From the NCBI RefSeq assembly GCF_009914755.1, contig NC_060926.1: DNA of 64,000 nt; one strand, given 5' to 3'. A model generated the notes under the pieces. That model was given only the letters and a program-made list of their open reading frames with translations, was not told the origin of the DNA and did no database searches. Source of the stretch: the human T2T-CHM13v2.0 reference genome, Homo sapiens. Position numbers and translations under genes: made by a program. How positions within the stretch are numbered: position 1 is the first letter of the stretch; every line of letters starts with the position of its first letter. Positions 60,171-64,000 of this stretch are shown piece after piece.

Positions 60171-60876
60171 TGTCAGCAGCCCATATTCAGCTCACAATAA
60201 GCTTCTAATTGAAATTATACACATTTTATACAAGCAGCCACTCAATCAAGCTTCAAGCAGTGAGATAATTTGAGATAAAGTAGCAATCTATGTGAGATAT
60301 CCATGTCAGCTTCTTTCTATCTTTCACAGATATTCTTGATATATAAAATTTCAGAGTCCCAGTCTTTGTCTCTCTAGCCTTAAAATGCTGTTGAATGTCC
60401 TCTTCAGGCTTATGGACTCTCACACACCTTCCAAAACCATTCGATAACTTCAGGAGGTAAAGCAACACCAATGCTTCACTCCAAAGTTATCAAATTCAAC
60501 ATCCAGCTTCGTTCTTAAACTATCCTATTCAATTTCCAGTGCCTTTAGGTAAGTGGCTCCCAATCATCTAATATAAAATTCTCACAAATCCCCTTATTTT
60601 TAAGGGAAAGTAAGGTAACAAGGAGGAATAAGGTATATTAATTCCACTTATTATTAAGACCTACTGTTAAATGCTGTTTTCATATTACTGATAAAATGAA
60701 ATTATCTTCTGATAAAATTTGTACTTATGATGCTCTTTTATTTAGGTGTTTTGAAAAAAATTGTTTTAAGTGTATTATTTTATTTAAGTGAAGTGGAAGG
60801 CTTTTATGAAATCCAGCACAGGTATCACTAGCAAGACAACAATATCGTTTTCTTTGTCTAGTATAGCTACTTCTAG

Positions 60877-61122
60877 TTTATTTATTTATCTAATTTTTTA
60901 AAGATAGGGTTGTCTCTGTTGCCCAGGCTGGAGTACAGTAACTTAAGCATAGCTCAGTGTAACTTAAAACTCCTGGGCTCTAATTAGCCTTCTGCCTCAA
61001 CCTTCTAAGTATCTGGGATTATAGGTGTGTACCACCACACTTGGCTAATTTTTCAAACTTTTTTTTAGAGACAGGACCTCCCTATGTTGCCTACACTGGT
61101 CTCAAACTCTTGGCCTCAAGCC
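60877..61122 (-). mobile_element. AluJ SINE, 5'-truncated and diverged
   Basis: CTCTGTTGCCCAGGCTGGAGTACAG...CTCTTGGCCTCAAGC. Confidence 0.88.
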
Positions 61123-63157
61123 AATGTAGCTAGTTACAAATGAACAAAACTTCATAATATTTGTCAGTGTCAAAGTGAAACTGACACATCGATACATACG
61201 TTGGTCTATTTAGAAAATCAATTGGATGATAATATAAAGAATGTAAAACAATATTTCTTTCATTGGAAATGTATTCTAGAATTGAGGGAAAACTATCATA
61301 TATATTAATTCCACCTGCAAAAATAAAAAAGAGCAAAGAGGAAAGGGGAGAATTTATTTATAGAATCTGTGAAAGCATTTTATGTGCTTTTAAAAAACGT
61401 GAAGCAACAAAATATTTAAAAATTGTGATAGAAGCAACTACAATTTTGGCTTTGTGCAATAAGGAATGTAACTAATAATTAAAAGAGGCCCATCTGTTTC
61501 TGCAAGCATTCTTGCACTATCATTGCTGGATGTGTTTGCATATCTGCCTTCCCTGTTAGATAATGAGTGTTAAGGACAATAATCTGATTCTATTCAGCTT
61601 CTTTTCTGTCGTTGATATGCCTATCAATATACAATCTGTTTTTCCTTATTTTTCATTCTCTTCTATAACCTGAGATTTGATTTCCAATGTTCCTATCCTC
61701 ATTAACAGCCTTTATCAAGGTCACTGATGACATGATGATGCTGAATTTGCTGAACATTTTGCTGTCCTTACCCCAGTTAGTTATTCAATAGCATTAGCTA
61801 AGTTATCACCAATTCGAGTTTGAGTCTCTGCATTTACTCTTTTTACCTGCTGCCCTGAATTTCCAGCCCATGATGTACTAACATCAGCACAATGCCAGCA
61901 TGGTTCAGGAATAATCCTACTCAATAGCACATTCAATAAAAATAAAGCTTTTATTAATAGGCCAATATCATAAACTATGGTTCATATTCCAAAGTATGCA
62001 CTACCTTAGTTTAGTTACTTCTATGGTTGCATGTTTTTATACCCACCTATTCAGCCAAACCTTGCTTCAAGTCCCCTAAACACTCTGTCACCTTATATGT
62101 TTAATTTTGGCTGGAAACAAATTGTCTCCCGATGTTTGTTCATTTGATTGGTTTTGTTAGTGTCAGTATTCGGATAAATAAGAAGTATATTTGTAAATGG
62201 CTATTTTTCAAACTAAACACATAAAGACTAACTTCATAACAAAGTTTTTGTTACTGAATGGAAGCCACACTTTTAATTTGGGCTGCAACATAGATTTGCT
62301 TTCTGAGTGCATTTTTTATACTTCTATAATTATGTCACTGGCATTCAGCATATCTTTTTAAATTACTTCAGGTTCTGCATGTGTGGTTTGATCTTCCAGC
62401 CAGGCAGATAATGGAGTCTTGAGGCATTTCACAGTAGGTTGTGGAGGCCACTTCAATACAATATGTCCGTGTTTGTCTCCCCTCTGATTTAGAATATAAA
62501 ATAAGATTATATTAATGTTATACAAGTAGTCATACCATATTAGAAGCATTTATAGCAAAAAGATGGTAGTTAAAGGGGTTATTTTCCTGCTATTTTGAAA
62601 TAATACTTCATTATGTTTATTTTTTATTTATGCTCAAGATGGTAGAGAAATGGGAGGGAAACATAAGTGATATTGTGCTTTAGGCGAAAATCCAAAATGT
62701 TTAAGTTTGTGGATTGGACCAGCTGTCCGGTGCAATCTGAGGGCTCTGAAAGAGAAATAAAAAAGAAAAAAAAAGTCCTAAAATTAAGTAGAGCCTCTCT
62801 TAGTCACCAAGAGAAGTTTCTCCCACGTGAATATATTCTCTCTTGCATCTACTTGATTTGTTTGAATATTAGGCATTCCTTATTCAGCTTGACTGTTACA
62901 ATAATACACATTCTCTTCCCTTCTGGTAGTAGCAAAGATAGCAGATCAGTTTATTAACTACATGCCAACTGTTCTGTTGCATTTCTTAAAATATGCAAAA
63001 GTCTAGAAAGTTAAAAATATTACCTTTGTCCAATAATCATATAGCCCAGAATTTGCACATACCTGAATTCTGCCAAGTAGATATACTCAGGAGATACTAA
63101 AAAGGTGGTTGGTGTTTCTGCTATTTCTGCCACTTCTATTCTAGTGTATGGGCTTTG

Positions 63158-63189
63158 CGTGTGTACGTGTGTGTGTGTGTTTGTGTGTG
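63158..63189. repeat. Imperfect (GT)n microsatellite
   Basis: Read directly from the sequence. Confidence 0.8.
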
Positions 63190-64000
63190 GTAGTAGCAGC
63201 AAATATTATTTGGATTTACAAATGTCTAAAAGCAGGCCACAGTGCATCTGTTTGTGTTGTCGTGGGATCACAGCTGAAATAGTGTCCTCCTGAAGCAAAC
63301 AGCTTCCATGTGACCCAGCTTGCCGCCCATTGCCCTCCTTCCTGACAGTGGCAGATACTGCTACACTCTTGCAAAAAGAGTTTTAAATGTCATAGGAGTA
63401 TTTCTGAAAGTTTGGCCTACAGCTATCTCCCCTAGCACTTCCAATAATTTTTAAACATCTACTTCTTTGAATTACATCTTTTTCTGCATAAGCTAGCTAG
63501 AGTGGCTTTGGTGAGCTGCAATGGAACCCTAACCAGCACTCTTTTTACCCTTTCTTCAATAGTTTTTCTTCCAAAGAATTACTGCATTCTTAAATATTAC
63601 TTTAATATTTTCCTGAAGGACGGTGTTCATAATGTTAGATGTCTCCAACGGTTCCTTCCTAACTGCAGTGAAAATTCTCGCTTCCCTCCCAATAGCTATA
63701 AAAGCCTTTGATAATCTGGCTCATTGTGTGAATGTGTTTTCTCCTCTTTTCTTTCACATAACTAACAATAATGAATGTTGTCAATCATTAGGGAGAAATG
63801 CTTAATGATAAAGTATTTATAAGCAATACAACTACGTTTTTACACTATGGTTTTGTGGATCAATCAAAGAAATAACTTTAAGAAACTTAGTTTCCATGTG
63901 TAAGAAACTTCCTTATTAAAAGAGGCAAGAAATTGGAAATGTTTTGAAGAAACTGAGGCTGGATTAAGAATTATGAAATGAGATAGACTGTAATCCTGAA

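Overview
AT-rich, repeat-dense primate (human-like) genomic DNA, probably intergenic or intronic. I cannot support any protein-coding exon, RNA gene or CRISPR array. The supplied ORFs are Alu, L1, LTR, microsatellite or satellite by-products, and the only protein-like ones are L1/L2 remnants. The window holds 12 Alus, many L1 and L2 fragments, solo LTRs (MER41A-like, MER11, THE1/MST, MLT1, LTR16-like) and DNA-transposon fossils (MER2, Tigger3a, MER5A, MER82, MER1B, MADE1). The outstanding structure is a ~5.3-kb block (~4026-9357) of ~75-bp SATR1/SATR2-like satellite. It forms two arrays in opposite orientation around a ~730-bp extremely AT-rich, palindrome-rich core, giving a foldback-like architecture. 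Each monomer is made of hairpin-forming dyads. The right arm is a ~1.43-kb 19-mer higher-order repeat. The terminal monomer is a GC-rich variant whose substitutions are compensatory and keep both hairpins. Repeat subfamily names are recalled from consensus sequences, not from a database search.
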